A DNA stretch of 29,790 nt from a virus (lineage: Duplodnaviria > Caudoviricetes): the IMG/VR virus record IMGVR_UViG_3300020201_000080, positions 1-29,790 of that record; one strand, given 5' to 3'. The notes below the pieces were generated by a model. It was not told the origin of the DNA. It did not search any database and saw only the letters and a program-made list of their open reading frames with translations. Every line of letters starts with the position of its first letter. Within the stretch, counting starts at the first letter, position 1. A program made the position numbers and the translations under genes. Below, in pieces: positions 17,136-25,458 of the stretch.

Positions 17136-18430
17136 GTTTTATTGGATCTGTACCACCTGAAGCAAGAGCAATCTTAATAGATTTGTTACAATTTGTCCCC
17201 AAATCAGAACATCTTTACGTTGGATGTTCTGGGAATTTCACTATAGATAGAATCTTATCCAATCAAGGTTATTCTATTCATTCCAACGATGTTTCTTTAT
17301 ATTCTAAAACGATTTCGGAAATCGTTCTTGGGAAAAAATCTGAATTCATTTGTATCGATCCAATTTACAAATCAGTTTTTTCAAAATGGAAGGACTCGAA
17401 ATTCAAATCCATAATTCAGATTATGTTCGTGCTAAAAACTTCTGCATTCAGGCCATGCAAAAATGATTATCAAAAATCGATGTGGGAATCTTACCTACAA
17501 AAGTCGGATGAGTTTTATGAGAAGAGCCTCAATAAATTTGAAAAGAATGAAGTTTTTGATTTTAAGATCGATTCATTTCATTACGGAGATTTTCGAGATC
17601 ACATAAGTGAAGCACGCGGAACCTCTTTAATTTTTGCACCTACATACAAAGGTGGATATGAAAAAATTTATCAGACGATCGAAGAAGTCTTTGAATATGA
17701 AAGGGCTGTTTATTCAATTTTCGATAGTAAAGCCGCTGGAAGTATTTATTTAGACATTTTGGAAAAAGGGAAATCCATTATTTATTCTGACATAGATTTT
17801 AAGGAATTGAGTACTTATAAAAGAGGAGTGGTTCAATTTCCAAAGAAGAGGAATATATTCCTTTATTCAAATGTGAGTGATAAAAAGTATTTTTTTACAA
17901 CTCCAGAATCCAAAAAAGATCTAAATGCAAAGATAATTCCTTCTGATTTTTCTTTCTCGAATTCCACAAAGATATCCATAGCGAAAGTACAATCTGAATT
18001 AATTTTCCACTACAAGCACTTGTTCATGTCTTCAAGAGTGAATTACTCGGAAAACGAAGACTTCGGAATCGCATTTTTAGCGGACGGAATGATTTTTGGG
18101 TTTGCTGGGTTTAATAAATTTATGAGTTCGGAAGAAAACTTATTTTTATCTAGCGACTTTGTTTTTCCATCCGGAGAGAAAAGACTATCAAAACTCCTTA
18201 TCATGCTTCTTCTTTCGAAGGAGATTAGGAAGCTATTAATTCGGCACTACATCCATGCTTATCAAGGTCTTAAGACTTCTGTTTATACTGAGCATCCAAT
18301 TTCTATGAAATACCGCGGCATTTTTGAATTACTTGATCGGAAAAAGGGGAAACTTGTCTACCAGCAAGAATTCAAAAATGAATATATTAACGAGGTATTT
18401 ATTAGGTGGTTCAAAACAAAGAGGAAATAA
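17132..18430 (+). CDS. putative DNA-modification protein: methyltransferase-like N-terminal half plus GNAT/Mom-like C-terminal half (probable CTG start)
   Basis: Gly-rich YVGCSGNF, GDF, and APTY (DPPY-like position). C-terminal IFGFAGF, FLSSDF, RLSKLL, SMKYRG. Frame is open from CTG 17132 (track start 17183). Domain calls are inferred. Confidence 0.6.
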   Translation: MSFIGSVPPEARAILIDLLQFVPKSEHLYVGCSGNFTIDRILSNQGYSIHSNDVSLYSKTISEIVLGKKSEFICIDPIYKSVFSKWKDSKFKSIIQIMFVLKTSAFRPCKNDYQKSMWESYLQKSDEFYEKSLNKFEKNEVFDFKIDSFHYGDFRDHISEARGTSLIFAPTYKGGYEKIYQTIEEVFEYERAVYSIFDSKAAGSIYLDILEKGKSIIYSDIDFKELSTYKRGVVQFPKKRNIFLYSNVSDKKYFFTTPESKKDLNAKIIPSDFSFSNSTKISIAKVQSELIFHYKHLFMSSRVNYSENEDFGIAFLADGMIFGFAGFNKFMSSEENLFLSSDFVFPSGEKRLSKLLIMLLLSKEIRKLLIRHYIHAYQGLKTSVYTEHPISMKYRGIFELLDRKKGKLVYQQEFKNEYINEVFIRWFKTKRK

Positions 18431-19143
18431 GGAAGAAGCTCGAAGAAATAAACGAGATCATTTCTCCCTATAAACTGGCTTGGGTAAATCCCCAAGAGGA
18501 TTGCGAACTTCTACGCAATAACGCAAGATACATGACTCCAGACCAAATGGAGAAGCTAGTTCGGAATATTAAAACGGATGGTTTCCTTTCCCAGCTTCCT
18601 TTTGCAGTGAAATCGGGTGAAAAATTCAGAATAATTTCTGGAAATCACAGAGTAACCGCAGCGATCAAGGCCAGTCTTTTGGGAATCCTTATCCTCTATG
18701 TAGATGAGATAGACGCACAAAAGGAAATCGCGATCCAGTTATCTCACAATTCTATCGTTGGCCAGGATGATATCGGAATTCTAAAACAACTCTATAGCCA
18801 GATCCAAGAGATTGATCTTAAAGCCTATTCAGGTATAGATGAGAAATTACTCCTCAATTATCAAATACCTGAATTAGTTCCTATATCTGAATCAGACATC
18901 CAGCTAAATGAAGTAAGACTTTTTTACTCAGATTTAGATTTAACCAGGTTTGATCAGATACTAGAACGATTAGAAAAATCAATCATCGATGAGAAAAGAG
19001 ACAGGATCATTTTTGGTGATTTTACCAACTTTGTTGAAACTTTAACAAAAGTTAAGAAAAAGATAAATGTAAAAAATCATTCAGTTGCTTTTATTCGAAT
19101 GCTGGAAATTTGCGAAGACTATTTAAACGAAAAGGAAGCTTAA
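18406..19143 (+). CDS. ParB/Srx N-terminal domain protein
   Basis: NARYM...LVRNIKTDGF...IISGNHRV..A, SHNSIVG. Confidence 0.85.
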   Translation: MVQNKEEIRKKLEEINEIISPYKLAWVNPQEDCELLRNNARYMTPDQMEKLVRNIKTDGFLSQLPFAVKSGEKFRIISGNHRVTAAIKASLLGILILYVDEIDAQKEIAIQLSHNSIVGQDDIGILKQLYSQIQEIDLKAYSGIDEKLLLNYQIPELVPISESDIQLNEVRLFYSDLDLTRFDQILERLEKSIIDEKRDRIIFGDFTNFVETLTKVKKKINVKNHSVAFIRMLEICEDYLNEKEA

Positions 19144-19586
19144 TGCGAAACCATGGACGCCCATCCAAACTAACAGAAGATACGAAAAAGAAACTTTTTG
19201 CAGCTATTTCCAATGGCCATAGTTATGAAACTGCATGTGCCCTTAGCGGAATTTCCGAGAGAACATTTTACTTCTGGAAAAAAAAAGCAGAGAATCAAAA
19301 TGAGAGAGGTGAATTTTTTCAGTTTATTCAGGAACTAAAAAGCACCGAGGCGATCGCTAAAGTAAAACTACTAAACGATATTCAAAAAGACCCTTCCTGG
19401 CAGTCCAAAGCCTGGATACTTGAAAGACGTTGGTCCAGGGAATGGGGTAAGAAGCAATTAGTGGATCTCCTGAATGAAAAGCTAAAAGATATTGATTTCA
19501 ATCGTCTCACCGATATTCAGCTGAACAGGATTCAGAGCGGTGAAGATGTGTTAGATGTTCTTTTGGAGGACTTAAAAGCTAGGTAG
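19143..19586 (+). CDS. HTH protein, small-terminase-like
   Basis: GRPSKLT...ISNG...TACALSGISERTFYFW...WQSKAWILERRW..EWG; TAATG overlap at 19143. Confidence 0.7.
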   Translation: MRNHGRPSKLTEDTKKKLFAAISNGHSYETACALSGISERTFYFWKKKAENQNERGEFFQFIQELKSTEAIAKVKLLNDIQKDPSWQSKAWILERRWSREWGKKQLVDLLNEKLKDIDFNRLTDIQLNRIQSGEDVLDVLLEDLKAR

Positions 19587-19592
19587 GTATTT

Positions 19593-20195
19593 ATGAAAAA
19601 AAGCTCTAAAACAAAAATTAATGATAAGCAAAAACTCTTTATTCAGAGCTTTATTACGGATTTTAACGCTTCGCGTGCTTATCGCGAAGTTTATGGAGTA
19701 AAGAACGAAAGAACGGCAGTGGCAGCTAGTTCCAGATTGTTGACAAATGTTGACATTGTTCAATATAAGAACGAACTCCTTAAGCAAATCTTGGATTCGA
19801 AAATTGAGGATTTGAGGTATAGAATTCAAAACGAATTAGTGGTAAGATCTTTTATCAGAGTAAATGATGTAATGAATAAGGAAGGGGAATTTGATCTTGA
19901 GAAAATAAAGAATCTCCCATTAGGAATGGTTAAGAAAATCACGATCATCAAGGAATTCACAAAGGACGGTAGCCCGATAATGAATCACCATCTTGAATTA
20001 GGTGATAATCATAAGCCTCTCGAACTTTTAGGAAAAACCGTTGGATCTTTTGACAAAATAAATCAATCGGATGTGTTACAATTCTTAAAGGATATTGATC
20101 TGACAAAACTTTCAGAAGACCAGTTACTGCGTATCAGTAATGGTGAGAATCCGCTAGAGGTACTCTTTGGCCATTACCGCCGTATTACCGCTTGA
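19593..20195 (+). CDS. terS: terminase small subunit
   Basis: KQKLFIQSFITDFNASRAY..YG...ASSRLLTNVDI, KPLELLGK; directly upstream of TerL. Confidence 0.88.
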   Translation: MKKSSKTKINDKQKLFIQSFITDFNASRAYREVYGVKNERTAVAASSRLLTNVDIVQYKNELLKQILDSKIEDLRYRIQNELVVRSFIRVNDVMNKEGEFDLEKIKNLPLGMVKKITIIKEFTKDGSPIMNHHLELGDNHKPLELLGKTVGSFDKINQSDVLQFLKDIDLTKLSEDQLLRISNGENPLEVLFGHYRRITA

Positions 20196-21603
20196 GCTAA
20201 GAGTTAAGATCGCTCGTGAAATCAAATCACGAGAGGACGATTCTGAGAAGCAAGAGATTCTATCTTTCAAGGAGTTTATTCGTAAGTTTATACCGCATTT
20301 TAAATTTTACTGGCACACTGAAGTAATCATTCAGCGCCTTCAGGATGTTGCAGATGGAAAGATCAATCGTTTGATGATCTTTCTGCCTCCGAGACATTCC
20401 AAATCGGAACTTGTTTCAAGAATTTTCCCAGCATACATCCAGTATGCTTATAAAAATCGTCATGTTGGCCTCTGTTCGTATTCTGCGGACTTAGCAACTG
20501 GTTTTGGATGGGATGCCCGAGAGAACTATAAAAGAACCGGTGGAAGGCTTTTAAAAGAAGCTTCGAAGAAATGGAAAGCCTGGCATGGCGGTGAGATGTG
20601 GTCGGCTGGGGTCGGCGGTCCCATTACTGGAAAGGGTTTTCACATTGGAGAAATTGATGATCCGATCAAGAATGCTCAGGATGCTCAATCAGAGACCATA
20701 AGAACAAAGCATATTCAATGGTATCAATCCACTTTTTATTCCAGAGCAGAACCAGGTGAAGCTATCATACTTTGTATGACGAGGTGGCATGAAGGGGACC
20801 TTGCCGGTTGGCTTCTTGATCAAGAAAAAATCGGTGATGAGGAATCTGAGCGATGGCACATCATTCATTATGAAGCCATAAAGACATCCAAAGCATATAA
20901 ATATCCAGATAGCTGCACCGTTGAACCAGACCCACGTAAAACAGGCGATGCCCTATGTCCTGAAAGATATCCAGTAAGTAGGCTTAAACGTATCGAAAAG
21001 CGAATCGGTTCATACTATTGGAATGCACTTTATCAAGGATGGCCAACTTCCTTCGGTGGAAATATTGTTCGAAAAGAATGGATAAGAGAATACACTCATC
21101 TTCCTGAAGGAAATCGATTATACATTCAATCTTGGGACCTTACTTTTGATGATACTGTAAATTCAGATTATGTTGTTGGAACAGTTTGGTGCAAGATCGG
21201 TGCGAATAAGTATTTAATCGATATGTATAGAAAACAGGCCGACATCATCGAAACGATGAGGGCAATAAGAACTTTCAAGAGCATTTATCCAGAAACATCT
21301 GCAATTCTTATAGAAAACGCTGCAAATGGAAAGGCAACTAACAAACTTTTAAAAAATGAAATTGCAGGGATTATTTTACGAGATCCAGCTGGGAGCAAGC
21401 CGGATAGATTACGCGCTGCAGCTCCTCAATTTGAAGCTGGCAATGTATTCTTTCCCAAAAACTCAGCGTTCGTAGATCTTGTCGTACACGAGTTACTTGG
21501 CTTCCCAACCGCCAAACATGATGACATTGTTGATACGATTTCAATGGGCCTTCTGTATCTTGAAAATCCAGATGTCTTTAAACCGAATTTTGTTTATGTA
21601 TAA
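20167..21603 (+). CDS. terL: terminase large subunit
   Basis: PPRHSKS (Walker A), GGPITGKG..IDDPIK (Walker B), MTRWHEGDL, nuclease motifs SWDL, IEN..NG, HDDIVD. Confidence 0.95.
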   Translation: MAITAVLPLELRVKIAREIKSREDDSEKQEILSFKEFIRKFIPHFKFYWHTEVIIQRLQDVADGKINRLMIFLPPRHSKSELVSRIFPAYIQYAYKNRHVGLCSYSADLATGFGWDARENYKRTGGRLLKEASKKWKAWHGGEMWSAGVGGPITGKGFHIGEIDDPIKNAQDAQSETIRTKHIQWYQSTFYSRAEPGEAIILCMTRWHEGDLAGWLLDQEKIGDEESERWHIIHYEAIKTSKAYKYPDSCTVEPDPRKTGDALCPERYPVSRLKRIEKRIGSYYWNALYQGWPTSFGGNIVRKEWIREYTHLPEGNRLYIQSWDLTFDDTVNSDYVVGTVWCKIGANKYLIDMYRKQADIIETMRAIRTFKSIYPETSAILIENAANGKATNKLLKNEIAGIILRDPAGSKPDRLRAAAPQFEAGNVFFPKNSAFVDLVVHELLGFPTAKHDDIVDTISMGLLYLENPDVFKPNFVYV

Positions 21604-21611
21604 TTTTTTTC

Positions 21612-21640
21612 TTGACTCGGATCTTTTATGTCTCTAAGTT
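21612..21640 (+). promoter_or_regulatory. sigma70-like promoter for the head/tail operon
   Basis: TTGACT-17 nt-TAAGTT in the terL-portal gap. Confidence 0.55.
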
Positions 21641-21650
21641 TTTCTTGCTA

Positions 21651-21705
21651 GCTAGTTCGCAAAGGCGATTTAGCTCTGCTTCGCGGGTTCGGCGATAAGG
21701 GCACC
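21651..21705 (+). promoter_or_regulatory. structured 5' leader of portal (two TCGC-loop-GCGA hairpins)
   Basis: TTCGC-AAAG-GCGAT (core 21657-21668, extended by GCTA/TAGC) and TTCGC-GGGTTCG-GCGAT (core 21681-21695). Confidence 0.5.
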
Positions 21706-21726
21706 AACATCAATGTAGGTGATAGA

Positions 21727-23202
21727 TTGGCTGGCAACGAACTCGAAATCATAGCAAAACGAAGACATCCAAAACTTGCCAAGAAGCATGCAATTTATGA
21801 GCTGATTCTTGATTCGTATAAGGGTGGTCAGGATTATATTAATAAGAGTTACCTTCCCCAATATCCGAGAGAACGCGAATCAGATTACAAAGCAAGAAAG
21901 GCCAGGTCAGTTTATTTTAACGATGTCCAACCGATAGCTGACACTATGGCCGGAATGCTTTACGAGACACCTGTTCAAAGAGATAAACTCGAAGGAAAGT
22001 ATGCTGAGTTTACGTCGAACATTTCCAAAGGGAAAGGTGTAGATTCGTTCATGCGAACTCTTGCGATCCATAGCCTTTTACGCACCGTTTTTGTTTTGGT
22101 GGATTCGCCTTCTTTTGATTCAAGTCAAGTAGTGACTGAAAAAGATAGGATTGATAAGAAGCTTTCACCTTACGCAGTAATTTATTTTCCAGAACAAATC
22201 CGTGATTTTAGTTTAGACGATAAAGGCGAGTTGCGCTGGATCTTGCTTGACGATTCATACTTAGACAATGAGAACCCTTTATCGGAAGCAGCGAAGAAAA
22301 CTCAGTATACTCTATGGACTTCCTCAGAGTTCAAAAAATTTATCATTTCCGATGATGGCAAAGTCTCCGTTCAGGAAGAAGGAACGCATAAAGTAGGAGC
22401 CGTTCCAGGATTCCTCTGTTCTTGGCGAGATCTCGAAGATGATGGCATCGCAGATACTCCATTTGAAGATATTTCCATTCTTGGAAAGAAAATATACGAA
22501 ACAATTTCTTATATGGATGAGACAATTGCTTCAGGAACATTCCAGATATTATTTTATCCAGGTGAACCTCCGAAAGAAGCCTCATCTAAAGGTATCGGAA
22601 ATCTTTCCATAGTTCCGTTTGATCCAGCTAGCTCCAAAGGCCCTTACTTTGATGGACCAGGATTAAGAGAGCTGTTTCCATTCATTCAAGGATTGGAAGT
22701 TTATCTAAAGAAAGCACTTTCCATAATGGGTCTTGATAAAGACCAAGAGAAATCAAATTCTCAATCTGGTACCGCTAAAAAGTTAGAGTATCGCAAAGCA
22801 TATGCAATTTTAAATCAGGGTGCCTCGGTTTTAGAAGAAGCTGAAAAGAAAATATTCAGTCTCTTTGCCAAATGGCAGGGTGATCAAACACCTCCCGAAT
22901 ATAAGGTCTCTTACAATAGAGACTTTGATCCAGAATCACTGGATATACAAGTTAAACGCCTAATATCTGTTTATGATACGATTATCATTCCTTCAATCAG
23001 GAAGCGAATTACTTTGGAATTGCTACCCAAACTATTCCCAAATCTTGATGCGAAGGAAATGAAGGCTCTTGAATCTCAAGTGCTTTCTGAAATAGATGTG
23101 GGGCAACAGGTCTCTGACTTGTTAAGTCGCATGGCCACGCGAGACGAGCCAACAAACAACAATACGCCGGCGGGCGACACAACGCAAACAAGCGCAACCT
23201 AG
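21727..23202 (+). CDS. portal protein
   Basis: 491 aa after TerL; YLPQYPRE...Y..R..RSVYFN, SGTAKKLE, VSYNRDF; SD AGGTGA with TTG start. Confidence 0.88.
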   Translation: MAGNELEIIAKRRHPKLAKKHAIYELILDSYKGGQDYINKSYLPQYPRERESDYKARKARSVYFNDVQPIADTMAGMLYETPVQRDKLEGKYAEFTSNISKGKGVDSFMRTLAIHSLLRTVFVLVDSPSFDSSQVVTEKDRIDKKLSPYAVIYFPEQIRDFSLDDKGELRWILLDDSYLDNENPLSEAAKKTQYTLWTSSEFKKFIISDDGKVSVQEEGTHKVGAVPGFLCSWRDLEDDGIADTPFEDISILGKKIYETISYMDETIASGTFQILFYPGEPPKEASSKGIGNLSIVPFDPASSKGPYFDGPGLRELFPFIQGLEVYLKKALSIMGLDKDQEKSNSQSGTAKKLEYRKAYAILNQGASVLEEAEKKIFSLFAKWQGDQTPPEYKVSYNRDFDPESLDIQVKRLISVYDTIIIPSIRKRITLELLPKLFPNLDAKEMKALESQVLSEIDVGQQVSDLLSRMATRDEPTNNNTPAGDTTQTSAT

Positions 23203-23214
23203 CGATACAGGGAG
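23127..23214 (+). promoter_or_regulatory. three tandem CGC-loop-GCGA mini-hairpins/pseudoknots upstream of the scaffold gene
   Basis: Units at 23127-23151, 23165-23185 and 23193-23211; the last pairs into the SD. Confidence 0.5.
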
Positions 23215-23220
23215 AATGAT

Positions 23221-23997
23221 ATGCCAGAAGTGATTTTAGGTACAGGGAAAGAAGGAGAAGAACTCGTTGAATTGAAAGATCCAAAGAGTGATACGGTTTA
23301 TAAAATTCCGAAGGAATTAAATGCCGTTATCGGTGCTCAAATTGCAGGAGTCCGAGTAGGAATTGAAAAAACTGCAAAGGAAGAGTATAGTAAAAAACTA
23401 GCAGATCTTACTGCAAAGTTGACTGAGAAAGAAATCACTCTTCAAGAATTTCAAACCGAGTTAACTACTCTCCAAAATTCCACTTTACCAGAAGCGGCGA
23501 GAAAGGAGAAGGAAGCCGAAAAGAAAATTAAAGATTTTGAAAAGAAAGTAACAGAATCGGAGACTAAAGCTCAGACAAGTTACAATCTATTCAGATCAAC
23601 CAAGATCGATAATGATCTAATGGGTGCTTTTTCCGATCCTACTCTGGAAGTCTATTCCCCTTCGCAAGCTTTAGCATTACTTAAAGCATACGGAAGTGTT
23701 GATTTAGTTGAGGCTGATGGCACTTTCAAAACAATCGTTAAACTCAAAGTCGGCGAAGAATTATTAGAATTAACTCCAAAGGAAGCTGCGGAAAAATTCA
23801 TTAACCTTCCCGAGAATGTAAACCTTAAGAAAAATTCCCTTAGCTCAGGAGCTGGAAGTGGTAGCGGAACTAAAGTTGGGAATGCTACTGTTTTTTCAAA
23901 TAAAGACTGGGCGGTAAAAATTTCTTCTGCGAAGCCTGATGAACGTAAGCAATTACTCATGAAGGCATCTCGCGGTGAAATCGTTGTTAAAGATTAA
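23221..23997 (+). CDS. capsid scaffolding protein
   Basis: Lys/Glu-rich coiled coil, SSGAGSGSG linker, between portal and capsid. Confidence 0.8.
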   Translation: MPEVILGTGKEGEELVELKDPKSDTVYKIPKELNAVIGAQIAGVRVGIEKTAKEEYSKKLADLTAKLTEKEITLQEFQTELTTLQNSTLPEAARKEKEAEKKIKDFEKKVTESETKAQTSYNLFRSTKIDNDLMGAFSDPTLEVYSPSQALALLKAYGSVDLVEADGTFKTIVKLKVGEELLELTPKEAAEKFINLPENVNLKKNSLSSGAGSGSGTKVGNATVFSNKDWAVKISSAKPDERKQLLMKASRGEIVVKD

Positions 23998-24020
23998 ATC
24001 ATTATAAGGAGGATTTGATC

Positions 24021-25157
24021 ATGTCCAATACACTTACAGACCTAATGAACACTTTGATTTTACCTGCGGCACTTCCGGTGCTTAGGGAAAACTCAAAGAT
24101 GGCTGCATTGGTTAATCGCGATTTAGATATCGCTGCCAAGGAAAAAAACGCAACAATCCGAGTTGCCCTTCCGCAAAACATGGGAACTGCGGATGACATG
24201 AACACTTCGACTGGTTCAACGTCAACGGATCTAGAAGATCCTAAAGTTGATGTTGTTTTAGATAAGTGGAAGTATAAGCAATTCCAAATGAATGACAAAG
24301 AGATGAGAGAATCTCTTGCTTCTGGAATTCTTCCTTCCGCAGCTGAAGCGGCAATCAAATCGATTGCAAATCAAATTGATGCAGACTTGCTGGCATTGTA
24401 TAAGGATGTTCCTTTTCATGCAGGTACAGCTGGAACCACACTTTCTTCAGCAGATACGATCATCGCTGCAAGAAAACTTTTGCAGGCAAACAATGTTCCT
24501 TTGGGCGATCGAAGACTGGTCATTGATGTAGAAGCGGAAGCAGCTCTTCTATCCCTTTTCAAAGACTATGACAAAATCGGCGATACGCTCGCGCTGAATG
24601 AAGCTTCACTTGGTCGTAGATTTGGATTGGATATCTATGCAGATCAACTTGTCCCATCTCATACTAAAGGCACAGTTGCGTTAGCTGCTGCTGCAATTAA
24701 TGGAGCCGTCGCTGCTGGTGCTCAGTCTGCAATCTTGGCTTCGACTGGTGCGTCAGCAACGATCAAGAAAGGGGACATTTTTACTGTCGCAGATGTAACA
24801 GGCCAATATGTTGTGACTGCGGATGTGACAGCTTCTGGTGGTGGTGCAGCTACAATCGCGTTCTATCCGCCTGCTCCAGTTGGTGGCTTCCCTGATACGA
24901 AAGTCTTAACTTTCAAAGCGTCTCACCGCTCGAACCTCATTTTCCATAAAGATGCATTCTGTTTGGCGATGAGAACTTTGCAAGATGAGGCATCAGAATC
25001 TTCTACTGTATCATCCGCAGTGGATCCTGTTTCTGGAATTCCGCTTCGATTAGAGACATGGAGAGATCCGAAACTTTCTACTAGGTTTTGGAGATTCGAT
25101 GTTCTTTATGGAGTTAAAACTTTACGTCCAGAATTAGCTGGAAGGCTTTTAGGTTAA
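24021..25157 (+). CDS. major capsid protein, P22 coat (gp5)-like
   Basis: AALPVLREN...LVNRD, SIANQIDADL, Ala-rich insertion with IKKGDIFTVA, NLIFHKDAFCLA, RFDVLYGVKTLRPE; SD AAGGAGG 8 nt before ATG 24021. Confidence 0.9.
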   Translation: MSNTLTDLMNTLILPAALPVLRENSKMAALVNRDLDIAAKEKNATIRVALPQNMGTADDMNTSTGSTSTDLEDPKVDVVLDKWKYKQFQMNDKEMRESLASGILPSAAEAAIKSIANQIDADLLALYKDVPFHAGTAGTTLSSADTIIAARKLLQANNVPLGDRRLVIDVEAEAALLSLFKDYDKIGDTLALNEASLGRRFGLDIYADQLVPSHTKGTVALAAAAINGAVAAGAQSAILASTGASATIKKGDIFTVADVTGQYVVTADVTASGGGAATIAFYPPAPVGGFPDTKVLTFKASHRSNLIFHKDAFCLAMRTLQDEASESSTVSSAVDPVSGIPLRLETWRDPKLSTRFWRFDVLYGVKTLRPELAGRLLG

Positions 25158-25161
25158 TTCC

Positions 25162-25455
25162 GTGTTTGAAGGAATGATTAAACTCATTAAGACAGAGAAT
25201 GGCAAGCAAAGCGATTGCTATTGCCCGCCTGAAAGAGTTGAATACCACTTAACAGAGTTGAGTGGTTATTCACTTCCTGAAGGATCTGTTCTTCCTGAAC
25301 AAACCAAGCCAGAGGACAAGAAGGCAAAGAAAGGGAAAGATTCAAAAGGAGCTGACAAGGCTCCTGAAGACTCAATCCCTTCTGGATCCGAGGAATCAGA
25401 AACACTTCCTGAAGGATCTGTTCTTCCTGAACAAACAACAGGAAAGGAAGAATAG
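25162..25455 (+). CDS. small protein with low-complexity repeat tail
   Basis: 97 aa directly after capsid; LPEGSVLPEQT occurs twice. Confidence 0.7.
   Translation: MFEGMIKLIKTENGKQSDCYCPPERVEYHLTELSGYSLPEGSVLPEQTKPEDKKAKKGKDSKGADKAPEDSIPSGSEESETLPEGSVLPEQTTGKEE
25271..25436 (+). repeat. 34-bp exact direct repeat (25271-25304 and 25403-25436)
   Basis: CACTTCCTGAAGGATCTGTTCTTCCTGAACAAAC twice, in frame. Confidence 0.95.
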
Positions 25456-25458
25456 ACC

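Noticed and set aside
19740-19770. Two TTGACA hexamers inside terS as an internal promoter
   Set aside because: Explained by the conserved LLTNVDI peptide; the -10 match is weak.
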